Source: Amoebophrya sp. A120 (Eukaryota; Protista; Dinoflagellata). From it: DNA of 64,000 bases. Where the stretch lies: assembly GCA_905178155.1 (NCBI GenBank), contig CAJINV010000002.1, forward strand, positions 9,125,412-9,189,411, given 5' to 3'. The first letter of the stretch is position 1. Each line of letters begins with the position of its first letter. The position numbers and the translations under genes are program-made. Positions 13,201-23,196 of the stretch are shown here, one piece after another. The notes under the pieces were generated by a model, which was given only the letters and a program-made list of their open reading frames with translations, had not been told where the DNA came from and ran no database searches.

Positions 13201-13641
13201 NNNNNNNNNNNNNNNNNNNNNNNNNNNNNNNNNNNNNNNNNNNNNNNNNNNNNNNNNNNNNNNNNNNNNNNNNNNNNNNNNNNNNNNNNNNNNNNNNNNN
13301 NNNNNNNNNNNNNNNNNNNNNNNNNNNNNNNNNNNNNNNNNNNNNNNNNNNNNNNNNNNNNNNNNNNNNNNNNNNNNNNNNNNNNNNNNNNNNNNNNNNN
13401 NNNNNNNNNNNNNNNNNNNNNNNNNNNNNNCGGCCCCCGCCCGGCCCCCGCCCGGCCCCCCCGCGTGCCTCGCGCGTTACGCGCGCGCGCGTTACGCGAT
13501 GCGCAGCGCGTTACGCGCCCGCCTGTACGCGTTACGCGCGTGCGCGCATTACGCGCGCTCGCGCACGCGTTACCCGCGCGCGCGTAACGCCCGCGCGCGC
13601 GCGCGTCTTGAAATTTTTTGCCGTTTTTCTGTGGCCAGGGG
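10290..13641. repeat. Very GC-rich low-complexity/repeat region around the assembly gap
   Basis: GC is far above the flanks. Direct repeat CTCGCCCGAGCATGATCGG at ~10977 and ~11297; poly-C/G runs before the gap; CGCGCGTTA-like reiterations at 13470-13605. Confidence 0.55.
12438..13430. other. Assembly gap (993 N)
   Basis: Run of N. Confidence 1.
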
Positions 13642-13861
13642 ATTTTGTTTGTATTAATATGAGTTATATCCCTGTCGCCAACCTAAACGAGCACCATAGT
13701 GACATCGTCACGCTCGAGATCATTTATTTCAACCACGGCAGTGTGTGCTCGTGAACGAGGTGTAGTGTGTCAAACTGTGGACATGTGTAAATGAAAACCT
13801 AGGCGGCTTCTAAGTCAATGCTCGAAGACGGTACAGAACATAAAACGATGCCAGCAACATT

Positions 13862-16057
13862 ATGCTTATTATTTTTAACAACAGGAGCTCATTGGCCATA
13901 CGCCTGCCCGTTACATCGAAGCGGAGAGCTCTCAGTTGCGTAAGAAGCAGATTCACAGGGCCTCGACCCTTCTGCGAGCATGGGCGGCCACGACAAGCAA
14001 GCATGCGCTCTTTCGCCACCGGGTCGTCAACTCGGATCTATCTTGACGTGGGCTACCTGGGGACGCGATTTTGTGGATGGCAGGCACAGGAACTACGACA
14101 ATGGAATACTGCAAGTCGTTCACCTCTGCGTCACCAACGGGAGCAGGAGAACAGCACCTCAAGAGAAGAACTCTGTCGAAATTTCAACCGGCGTCGCGGA
14201 TGTCGGCTCGATCGTTGCTCGAAGTTGCATTTATGCAGCTTCTGCGGGTCGGACGACCACGGCGCTTGGGAGTGTCCGGAGCGAATGATGAGCAGCGGCA
14301 GAGTAGAAGATAGGTTTCGTTTCCGTGATAGTTTCGCCAATGAAAGCGGTTGCAATATAGCAGCTGAAAAAGGTACACAAACTCATAGCCCTTGCTCGCT
14401 GCGCGTCAAGAAACCAGCTACTGGTGTGCTGCAGTCCGTGCAGGAAGTGGTGACGCAGTGGGTCCGAGAGACGTTGCGAGCAGGAACAAGCGGTGTCACC
14501 ACGGCACGCCAAGTCCATGGCAACAGAAGCGACCCAATCGTGCACAGTCTGAGCAGAACGGATCGCGGGGTCCACGCACTATCGCAGTTGTGCTACTTCG
14601 ACGTCATCAACGCTTTTCCGCTGTACTGTGTTGAGCCGCAGGGTCTAGCAAGCATTGAAACCAGGAAAACAAATGAAACTGCAACCGGGCCTGCCGTCAG
14701 CGAAGGCGACAAGAAGATGCCAACAATTGTGGAGCTTTTGGTAAGCCATTCCGGTGGCCTTTCTACAGCGGATGTTTGGCTGAATGGCGTACGAGAGGGC
14801 ACAGAGCAGGAAAAGATGCTGTTACCTCCGTTGCACCAAACCCGGAAAAGGGAACGAGCCCTAGAGCCACTGCGGGAAGTGTTCAAGCTTGAGGAACGAT
14901 CGCCACTGGACGAGCGCCACAGTAGTTCGCTTCTACCTGAACCTAGGATATATTCGCAACATGTTGGAAGAAAGCCGGGCGCTGCTGTTCAGACGGCTCG
15001 CGTTGTCTCGACTGACCTGGAAGCGCGAGACAACCCAAGGACTGCTCTGAAGCAATACCGATACTATGTGCTTTTTCGCTTCGCTAGTGGCAAGGAAAAC
15101 ATGGATCGGCAGACTAGTACAGCGACGTCTTCTTTTTCTAAGGAACACTACCCTAGAAGGTCCGGCGTGGCCCGTGGCAGCAGGCTGACTGAAAATTTTG
15201 AAAATGAGACTTGCGAAAAAGTAGAAGGGGCGCTTTCAGAATTGGATTCGCTTTCCTTTCTTGATGACATGGAAGTCACCAGGGACGCTCGAGGAGACGT
15301 GCGCACAAAGTCGGATGATGCGTCGATATGGTGGAAGGTGGCTGGTGAAAAAGATAAATTACCCGAACCCACGAATTCTACCTCTGCGACTATTGAGGAT
15401 GTTGCGTGGGTCGTGGACCTGGTCGGGGATGAGCTGTTTGAAGCTGACACCAGAAATGCCTCTCGTATTTCTCCCTTTTGCCTCGACTCGATGTCGATCG
15501 AGAAGTATGCACGTGAGCATCTGATAGGGAAACGGGACTTTGCGCGATTTGCGACGCCGGGAAACGCGGGTCGCCGGCGAAGAGATTGTAATCGGGTGGC
15601 AAGCAGGGGAATGCACGACGAGCCAGCCGAAGGTGGGAGTTCTTCGCGTAAGCTCTCAGATAGGAACACGACTCGCACTCTGCACGAAATTTGCGTCCTA
15701 TCCAAGCGGCAATCTTCTGGAGATGCAGACGAAGACGCCGAGACGAAGAGTCTGTGCTTAGAATTCCGGTTTTTTGGAGAAGGGTTCTTGCGCCACATGG
15801 TCCGGAAAATGGTTTGGCACCTGCTAGAGGCGGGCTTGGCCGGTGCTTCGAATTACTTGCGTGACACGGTACTACTTCATCCTTCCTCAACTGGTAAAAG
15901 ATTTTTGCCTGCCTCGTCGCGAGCTGAAAGCGAGAAAATCGCGCCACCGCAGGGCCTGTGGCTTTGGGGCAGGACCGAATGGCCGAGGGCGACGACTTCA
16001 TTGTTTTGCAGCGAAAAACCGACTGACCCAAAAGTGACTATGGCCTATCAAGAATGA
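13862..16057 (+). CDS. truA: TruA/Pus1-family tRNA pseudouridine synthase with an inserted zinc-finger segment; apparently single exon
   Basis: YLGTRFCGWQAQ, SRTDRGVHA (catalytic Asp), GKRDFARF, GEGFLRHMVRKMV, APPQGLWL. Also CRNFNRRRGCRLDRCSKLH (CCCH-like) and CSFCGSDDHGAWEC (CCHC knuckle). Confidence 0.85.
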   Translation: MLIIFNNRSSLAIRLPVTSKRRALSCVRSRFTGPRPFCEHGRPRQASMRSFATGSSTRIYLDVGYLGTRFCGWQAQELRQWNTASRSPLRHQREQENSTSREELCRNFNRRRGCRLDRCSKLHLCSFCGSDDHGAWECPERMMSSGRVEDRFRFRDSFANESGCNIAAEKGTQTHSPCSLRVKKPATGVLQSVQEVVTQWVRETLRAGTSGVTTARQVHGNRSDPIVHSLSRTDRGVHALSQLCYFDVINAFPLYCVEPQGLASIETRKTNETATGPAVSEGDKKMPTIVELLVSHSGGLSTADVWLNGVREGTEQEKMLLPPLHQTRKRERALEPLREVFKLEERSPLDERHSSSLLPEPRIYSQHVGRKPGAAVQTARVVSTDLEARDNPRTALKQYRYYVLFRFASGKENMDRQTSTATSSFSKEHYPRRSGVARGSRLTENFENETCEKVEGALSELDSLSFLDDMEVTRDARGDVRTKSDDASIWWKVAGEKDKLPEPTNSTSATIEDVAWVVDLVGDELFEADTRNASRISPFCLDSMSIEKYAREHLIGKRDFARFATPGNAGRRRRDCNRVASRGMHDEPAEGGSSSRKLSDRNTTRTLHEICVLSKRQSSGDADEDAETKSLCLEFRFFGEGFLRHMVRKMVWHLLEAGLAGASNYLRDTVLLHPSSTGKRFLPASSRAESEKIAPPQGLWLWGRTEWPRATTSLFCSEKPTDPKVTMAYQE

Positions 16058-16767
16058 AATGCACCCGTAAATGCGGCAAAATGCCATTTTTACATTGGCA
16101 TTATTTCCTGGACGCAAAGTTCTGTGAGCTGAAAGCGTTCGCGTGTTTTTTGGCATACGGTATCAGTGTACTACGATTCCCATTTCCCGATCGCAAACGA
16201 GTTTTGTGGAAGTTGATGTTGGCGTCCTGATTCTGTGCGCAAGCTGCAGAGTTTAGAGTGTTTCCTCTACATGTCAGAACTATGCCGATTTTCATCTTAC
16301 GATGCGGTCTGTTTTCTTGCGGCTGCTTTCCTGCCTCTGTTTGTTCTTTTCTTGACCTCTGAGTGTGGTTCTTCTCCAAAACTGGAGTAGACGACCGCCG
16401 AACGTATGGTCGATTAACCAGCTGAGTCGTATAGAAAACCTGCAACAAGAGAGCAATGTGATTTCTCTTGAAAAAGAACAACGCCACCCGAGCGTGAAAA
16501 ATATGCTAATTTGATTTGAGTTGCAAAACCAAAAGGATGCGAGCGCTGACGCTGCTACAGTGGTCCTACCGAGCGGCGGACTTACGCCCTTGTGTGCGTT
16601 TTGCGACTAAGGGTCACACGAGGGTCGTCCCAACATTCACCCAGACTCCCAGGACTTTCTTCTGGGTTTTCCTTCCTGATAAAAATCCTCGTTCTCGTTT
16701 AGATTTTACGTTAAGATAAGTGGAAGACAGAGTTTTGTCTTACATACAGCCTGAACTATTCCAGAAA

Positions 16768-19700
16768 ATGGCGTGCTTTGGTAGACCGGCGAAGGAAAAA
16801 ATTGTCGAGAAGATCGTCGAGAAGTATGAGGCGGAATAGAACTACTTTGTCATGCATACGCAAGAGCTGAAGCAAATGCAAATCATGTAGTTGCTAACAA
16901 AGTATTACTGCTTATGCATGACCAAGTAGTCTTTTTCTTCTCTATAGCAAGACGGTCGAAGTCGAGAAGCCGGAGGAGCTGATCGCTTGCGTCGCTTCCC
17001 ACGGCGTTCCGGACTGGGACAAATGGTATGAATTTTTCCTACTTCATGTGCGACAGACATTCGCCCGAGCAAATAAGTCGAAACTTGTGAAGATGCTGAA
17101 GCTGCGCGGGCATGACTGTTAGTGTGTGTACTGATCTGGTAACCAAATGCGTGCGCGCGCGCGCGCAGAGCGCGCGCCGGCCCACGAAGCCGGCGCGCGC
17201 GCTCTGCGCGCTTGCGATATTGCTTAGCAAACGCAGCGCGAAGGCAGTTGCCGTTACCATATAGGGCAACCGCCGGGAGGCGTGAAGGTCAGGGAAATGG
17301 CCAGAAATGAAGCGGGGGAAGGGAAAAAAAGCGGACCAGATGGGAAAATGGCCAGGAGCTCAAAAATGTCGCAAAAATGGCAGAAACCAAGCGGGAGAAG
17401 GTGAAAAAAGAGCATTTTTGCGGTTTGGCCCACTTGATATCTGAAAAAGAGACGGACTATTTTTTGCTCCGCCCGGTGGCCAGCTGCGTTGGAGAAGCAG
17501 GCCCGCGACCTGTCCGGAAGCCTTGGGCCGCTTCGTAACTGGAAAAAGTTGGAAAAAAATGACAAAAAATTGCTTCATAACGTGGGTGAAAGCAATCGTC
17601 GGATTTTGTGCAGATCACCCGGGCCACTTGAAAAATGAAAAAAGATGAGAAATTGCGCAAAAGCGCAATCCTTCCGCAGGCTTCAAAACTGCAAGTCAGA
17701 TGCGGGCGGTAAAAATGTCCAGGTCGCCCGGGCCACTTGGAAAATGAAAAAACATGAAAAATTGCGCAAAAGCGCAATCCCTCCGCAGGCTTCAAAACTG
17801 CCAGTCAGCTGTGGGCGGTGAAAATGTGCAGGTCGCCCAGGCCACTTAGAAAATGAAAAAAGACGAAAAATTGCGCAAAAGCGCAATCCCTCCGCAGGCT
17901 TCAAAACTGCCAGTCAAATGTGGGCGGTGAAAATGTGCAGGTCGCCCGGGCCACTTGGAAACCAGGAAAAGATGAAAAATTGCGCAAAAGCGCAATCCCT
18001 CCGCAGGCTTCAAAACTGCCAGTCAGCTGCGGTCGGTGAAAATGTCCGGAGCCCTTCGGCCACCTAAAAACCTGAAAAAAGAGCGAAAATCGCAAAAAAC
18101 CGAGAACCCTCGGCAGGCTTACAAACTGGCCGCCAAGGGCGGTCCGGCGGGCGCGTGGTCGCGCCATACCATTGAGATTGTGAAAAAAAAGCCGCACTAG
18201 AAGCGGGCGGAGGCATGTCACAAAATCCCGACTTGGCCGGGGTTGTGGGCACCAATTCGGGACCTCCGCCGCGTCTGAAGTGGCCGATTTTGGTTGCCCG
18301 GAAGGGTTCGCGGGTTTTCGGCTTTCCGCATACCTTCCTGGCCAGGGGGCCAGTTTGTCATGCAGGGGGCTAGAGAGGATGCCCCGCTGCGAAATAGCAG
18401 ACCGGATTTCGCCTTCAATGCTTATCGCAGGAGCCTGCGGGCCGCCGCGGGCGACAGTAGTTGTCCGCGGCCCTTCGATAAGCTTTGAATGCGAATCCGG
18501 AAGCCCCCGATGACCCAGATACCTTCCTGGCCAGGGGGCCAGTTTCTCATGCAGGGGGCTTGAAGAAGAAGGAGTGGGACTGTAATCAAAAAGAAATAGC
18601 GCCAAAGCGCGGCCCGCAGGGCCGCGCTTTCGCCGCGCGGCTGGTTAGGCTTTCGCGCTGGTTAGAATTTCGCGCACGCATTTGGTTACCAATATCGCCC
18701 TCCGGGCGCGATCTTCATACCTACACAAGTGCATCAAGATCCGCGTTCTTTCGCACAAGCTGGTTTTGATGAACAGGTATGAGGAGTACCAGAAGATGAC
18801 CTCCGGCACGGACCCGACGTCGAACTTCCACATCCCCTTGGGCGTAAAAATCACCTTCCTGGGCTGTTCCACTGATGCGGAGGGCAAGCAGCGCACCCAC
18901 GTCATCCATGTCCTGCCGAAGAAAAACAAGGAGCTGTGCCAGAAAATCCTGGACTTCAACGCCCCGCCCTTCGTCGGCGGACCGGACTTCATCAAGAACG
19001 GTTCTTATTTGATTTCATGTTCGTACGTCAAGCTCAAGTGGAGTACGGGTGTAAGTTGTACCGAAGGAGCTTGCAACTTCTGGTCGATAATGCCAATTTT
19101 TAGTGCATGAGCATCCATGACTTCTAACACAACTACATAGGTATCGTCATCCCTCCGTGCAATGCCGCCTACTACGAAATCACCGATGTCAACTTTGCGG
19201 CGATGTTATGAGAGGCCGCGGCGTTGAATGAACATGATTTGTGCAGATGACGTGTTTGTCATGCAAAAGCAGAACTCGGACTATGCTAGGAATTATCACC
19301 GAGTTGTACGTCTATGTGACTGTAAGGCTGAGTGTGCATAATTGCATTAATAATTCTACTACTTCCAATCACCATCGCAATAAAAATCATGTTCTTGCAT
19401 TTCCCCCCGGATACCTCTTTCGGAAGGAGCACATGATGGGCACTTTTTCGCACGGCATCAAGGAATACAAAGAGTGGCGCGCAAAGTACTACGGTGCCCA
19501 GGACATGGAGATCGGCGGAATCGATGTCAAGCCGATGTTAGTCGGTAGAGTTTGAATTTCTTTTGCTACACATTTCATTACATACAGCGACGTCCTGATC
19601 GTAGAAAATGACATTATTTGATGGATAAAAGCCAGGCACAGTGATTTTTTTGCATTGTGCTAGAATTTGCAAGAGATAATTTCCACCAAGACCAATTTTT

Positions 19701-19898
19701 ACAGGTTCCTGTGATGACGGGAAGAAGTGCTTCGTTGTGAACGCGTGGCCGAAGGCGGATGACGACAAGATGAAGGCTATGATGGACTTCGACAGCGAGG
19801 AAAACCCGGTGCAGGAGTACATCAAGGCTGGGGACATCATCTTGCCGATGGAGAAAGAGTTCGTGGAGTGGAAGGCCATTGACCGTCACATCCGCTAA
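16768..19898 (+). CDS. Small multi-exon hypothetical protein with internal duplication (missed as a whole by the ORF track)
   Basis: Exons: ATG 16768 MACFGRPAKEKIVEKIVE; ~16948-17025 KTVEVEKPEELIACVASHGVPDWDKW; 18777-~19000 YEEYQKMTSG...DFIKN; ~19141-19205; ~19410-19544 ...SHGIKEYKEWRAKYY...; 19705-19898 ...DRHIR*. Most joins are GT-AG and in frame, with high GC3. Confidence 0.7.
17137..18691. mobile_element. Non-autonomous TIR element (~1.55 kb) inside intron 17026-18776
   Basis: Perfect 21-bp TIR TGGTAACCAAATGCGTGCGCG (17137-17157) / CGCGCACGCATTTGGTTACCA (18671-18691). No TSD found and no transposase ORF. Confidence 0.65.
17615..18130. repeat. 109-bp tandem repeat, ~4.5 copies
   Basis: ATTGCGCAAAAGCGCAATCC recurs at 17652, 17761, 17870 and 17979 (period 109), with a degenerate fifth copy. 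Confidence 0.9.
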
Positions 19899-20820
19899 AG
19901 GTTTTTTTTGTTCCAGTGGAACGGGCTGGGAGACAATGCGAATTCGAACAATTATCACAAGGCAGATAAAGGGAAAAAATGTCACTGTTGTATCAAGCAA
20001 AGAAAAATAAATCTATAAATGTTTCTCTTTAACGTTTCGGTTTCAGTTTCTAGTCTTCGGGGCGTGATCGCTACAAGAATTTAGCTAGGTAAGGAATCAG
20101 CGAGTGGAGGAGAACAGTTTCGCACTCATGCATGTATCATAACGTTTGTGCAACGCAGCGAACCTTAAAACGTGGCGCAAAGGTGGTTCGCAAATGTATC
20201 ATCCAGAACATGAATATGCAATCCGCACGGAATTCAACTTCGTTGCGCGCCAAAGACGAGGAGGAGACGAGAAAGAGCGCAGGAAACGCAGAGCAGGCAT
20301 AGCGGTGCATGAACCTAGTTCAATGCTGTTGTTTGTCTAGGAAAACAAGATTCACAGCATGATTGGAAACGAAGTGTTTACACACCGCAACCAACACGTG
20401 GAGCTTCCGCCTGACCTGCTGTGCACTAGGTCCTGGAACGCAAAGCAGTGTTCGATGTGCAGTGCAACAATGTGTGCAAGTGCACGAACGCGGCGTATTT
20501 TTGAATATCCCGTAGGCACCGGAGAGGAGAATGTGTGGCTCCGGCGCAGATCACAGTGCGCGGGAGACGAGGCAAAGCTAGAGGGAATGAAAACTGCATA
20601 AGAGAGTGAGAAACAGTGCGTTGTGCCCAAGAACATCTCCTTTGTTTGTTTCTTCCTAAGTGTAAGTATGAAAATGCCTCTGATAGATAAGGATAACAAA
20701 ATCAGTAACGCATGCTAGCACTACGTAGTTCGAAGTAAGTGAAATTTTGCTTGGACTTTCTCTATTTTACGCAGTTGGAGGCAACTAACTTCAGAAGAGG
20801 CTTCTCCAAAAAACGTGACC

Positions 20821-22168
20821 ATGGCTCCTGTGACGGCGATAGCCGGAGCCGGGGGCGTGTCCGCAACCGGTGCGTTTCTACCCGCGGCAAAAGCCCTGAA
20901 ATACGGCGGAGCAAACGCGAGTTTGTTGTCGAAGTCGTCAAACTTTCTCCAGAAGTATTTCCCCTCAGTCAGTAGCTTTGTCGAGCTCGACGCGGGCATA
21001 GTACATTTGTTGTTCGTCTGCGCGTGCATTTCCATCATTGTTTTCCGTGGCTCCGCGTCCCAGTTTTCGGCAAGGACCCAAGTGTTGCTGCTACTCTGCT
21101 ACTGCTGCAACTTACTGCTGAGAAAAATCTCCGCGAGCTACTGGTGGGTGTGGGGGCTGTGCGTCGCGCAGGGCTGTTTGTGTACCACTTCTTTGAGGTG
21201 CTTTGGTTTCGTTTGCAATTTGCTCAAGTGAAGTACCTGTTTTTGTCCTGACCAGCACCACTAGGTAGTTACCTGCATCTCTATGCTTAATCAAGGTATC
21301 CTGTTCTACCCGAATTTACGAAAGTACGGCTTGGGCGACAAACGGGAGCGCACCTTGGTTGGCTGCGTCGTTGGGTTGGCGATTGTGCTCGGTATTGTGC
21401 ACTACGAGTTTTCATCCGCCGCAGCTTCGAGTCCTGCTGGAATACCAGGACAACCCCTCGACGCGTCTGCAGCAGCGAACGCAGCAGCACCCACACCTAA
21501 CGGAGAAGCTGGCACAGCCAGTAGTACGACACCCTCAACAAACTTCCAGTTCAGCAATATCTTCGGCAGCCACCGACTCACGCTCTTCGGAAGTGACTCC
21601 GTCCTGAAGCAAAACACGCATCAAGCGCTCGCGAAGTATTTTTCGTCTATTTAGTTGGTTCGTTTCGATGCTGATGCTCGTCGGAATATGAATGTGTAGC
21701 ACGTGCGTGTAGCTCAATTTGATACAAGAAATACTAAATTTCACTTCTAGCGCCAAGTCCGAGTCCCTTCTGCACTACTTCGGGCAGTCGGTTTTCAACT
21801 TCTTCGCCCCTTTCCTCATCGGCTTCAAACGCAGTCTGGAGGGGCTGGCGATTTTCCCGCAGTATCGGTCAGCGGTCTACCTGACCGAGTCCATTGATTG
21901 GCGCATCTACGCCTGGATACTGCTGTTCGCGAGTTACGAACTGCAGCTCGCGATTGCGTACTTCGGGCTCTTCCACTTCATACCACTCCTGGAAATGGGC
22001 GGCCTGGTCTGGTTCGCCATGATGACCACGAGGAAAATTGTGCGAAAAAACAGCAAGCCAAAATACGAGGATTTCGGGATCTCGGGGCGCAGCATCGACG
22101 CGGAATTAGCGGAAATCAGGGGATTGATGGAAGACGCGCCGGTCATGGGAAGCTGGGACGTGTTGTGA
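20821..22168 (+). CDS. Divergent ERD2/KDEL-receptor-like (PQ-loop) membrane protein, multi-exon
   Basis: Three hydrophobic + strand ORFs in series. SQFSARTQVLL and FKRSLEGLAIFPQY resemble the ERD2 motifs SxKSQ and LESVAILPQL. Confidence 0.5.
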
Positions 22169-23196
22169 TATCAATTTCGCCTTCATCCATCAAATCAGAC
22201 GTCGTTTTCGTTTGGCGAAACTATCGTTTTCTGATTCGTCCTTGAAAGAGGCTGCGCTCTGTACCAATTGAATACTTGTCGCCTGGCTCCCTTTCAAAGT
22301 TGTGTTGTATCTTGGAGGCGCGCTACCGCATCTATGGACAATCAGAATCATGGGAAGTGCTTAGATACGAAAAAAATTATGTGAAAACCAGCATGCAGAA
22401 ACCACACTCCAAGAGGAGCTCAGCGGTTGCGTCTTGTCTGGCTGTATCGTGAAAATGTAAAAAACCTTGAACACAGAAGTTTCAGACCTGCGGCTGAGCG
22501 CAAAGCGGCAAGCTCATTGCTGTTTGTGATCGTTTTCTAAGCGTGCCTGTCCTCGCAGTCCGTCTGCGACCGTCTCTCGTCACACAATCGCTTTCGTGCT
22601 TTCTTCTTACCGGCTATTTATCAGAGCAGGCGTGCTCGCAATATCGTTGAACCGTAACTGAAACGCAACAAGAAGCTTTTTGTTGTCACGACATTTAGTA
22701 GTGAATACACAGTAAGACACGAGTTTCGTCCCCCTCAGTTTTCGTACAACAGCTTCAAAATACGTGCCGACCAGAGAGTGCTTCGTCCAGAGGATCAAAG
22801 AGAGCACGTTCTCGTTCGTCTTATTTTGCGAATGTAATCTTCAGAAGACTCGTAGCGTGAAAGAATTTTTCGTCTAGGGTTCTTAGACTTACTCGACTTT
22901 ACCAATGAAAAATGAATTGAACAGGGACACCAAGTACTATTGGTATCATTGCACGTAGCTGCCTCACCCCTTGGCGGGAAAAAGCAGAACAAAAGGAAGA
23001 ACAAGAAGCAAGTATTTTGCCGAACCAAAAAGCGCATCAACGATTTCTCTTTCCAATCAATCCAATTTAGGACAACTACATCGATCGAGTCGGACGGTTC
23101 GATCGGTGTAGGGCAAAGAGGACGAGAGTTGGGAAAATGTTTTTTTTACCGTAGAATCGTTTTGAAGATTTTTAGCAGGGAAGCAAACCCACAGCC

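Noticed and set aside
11880-13754. Long ORFs (624/468/419 aa)
   Set aside because: Artefacts of translating through the N gap and GC-rich low-complexity DNA.
17615-18130. CRISPR array
   Set aside because: Whole 109-bp units are repeated with no unique spacers; there are no cas genes and it lies in a eukaryotic intron.
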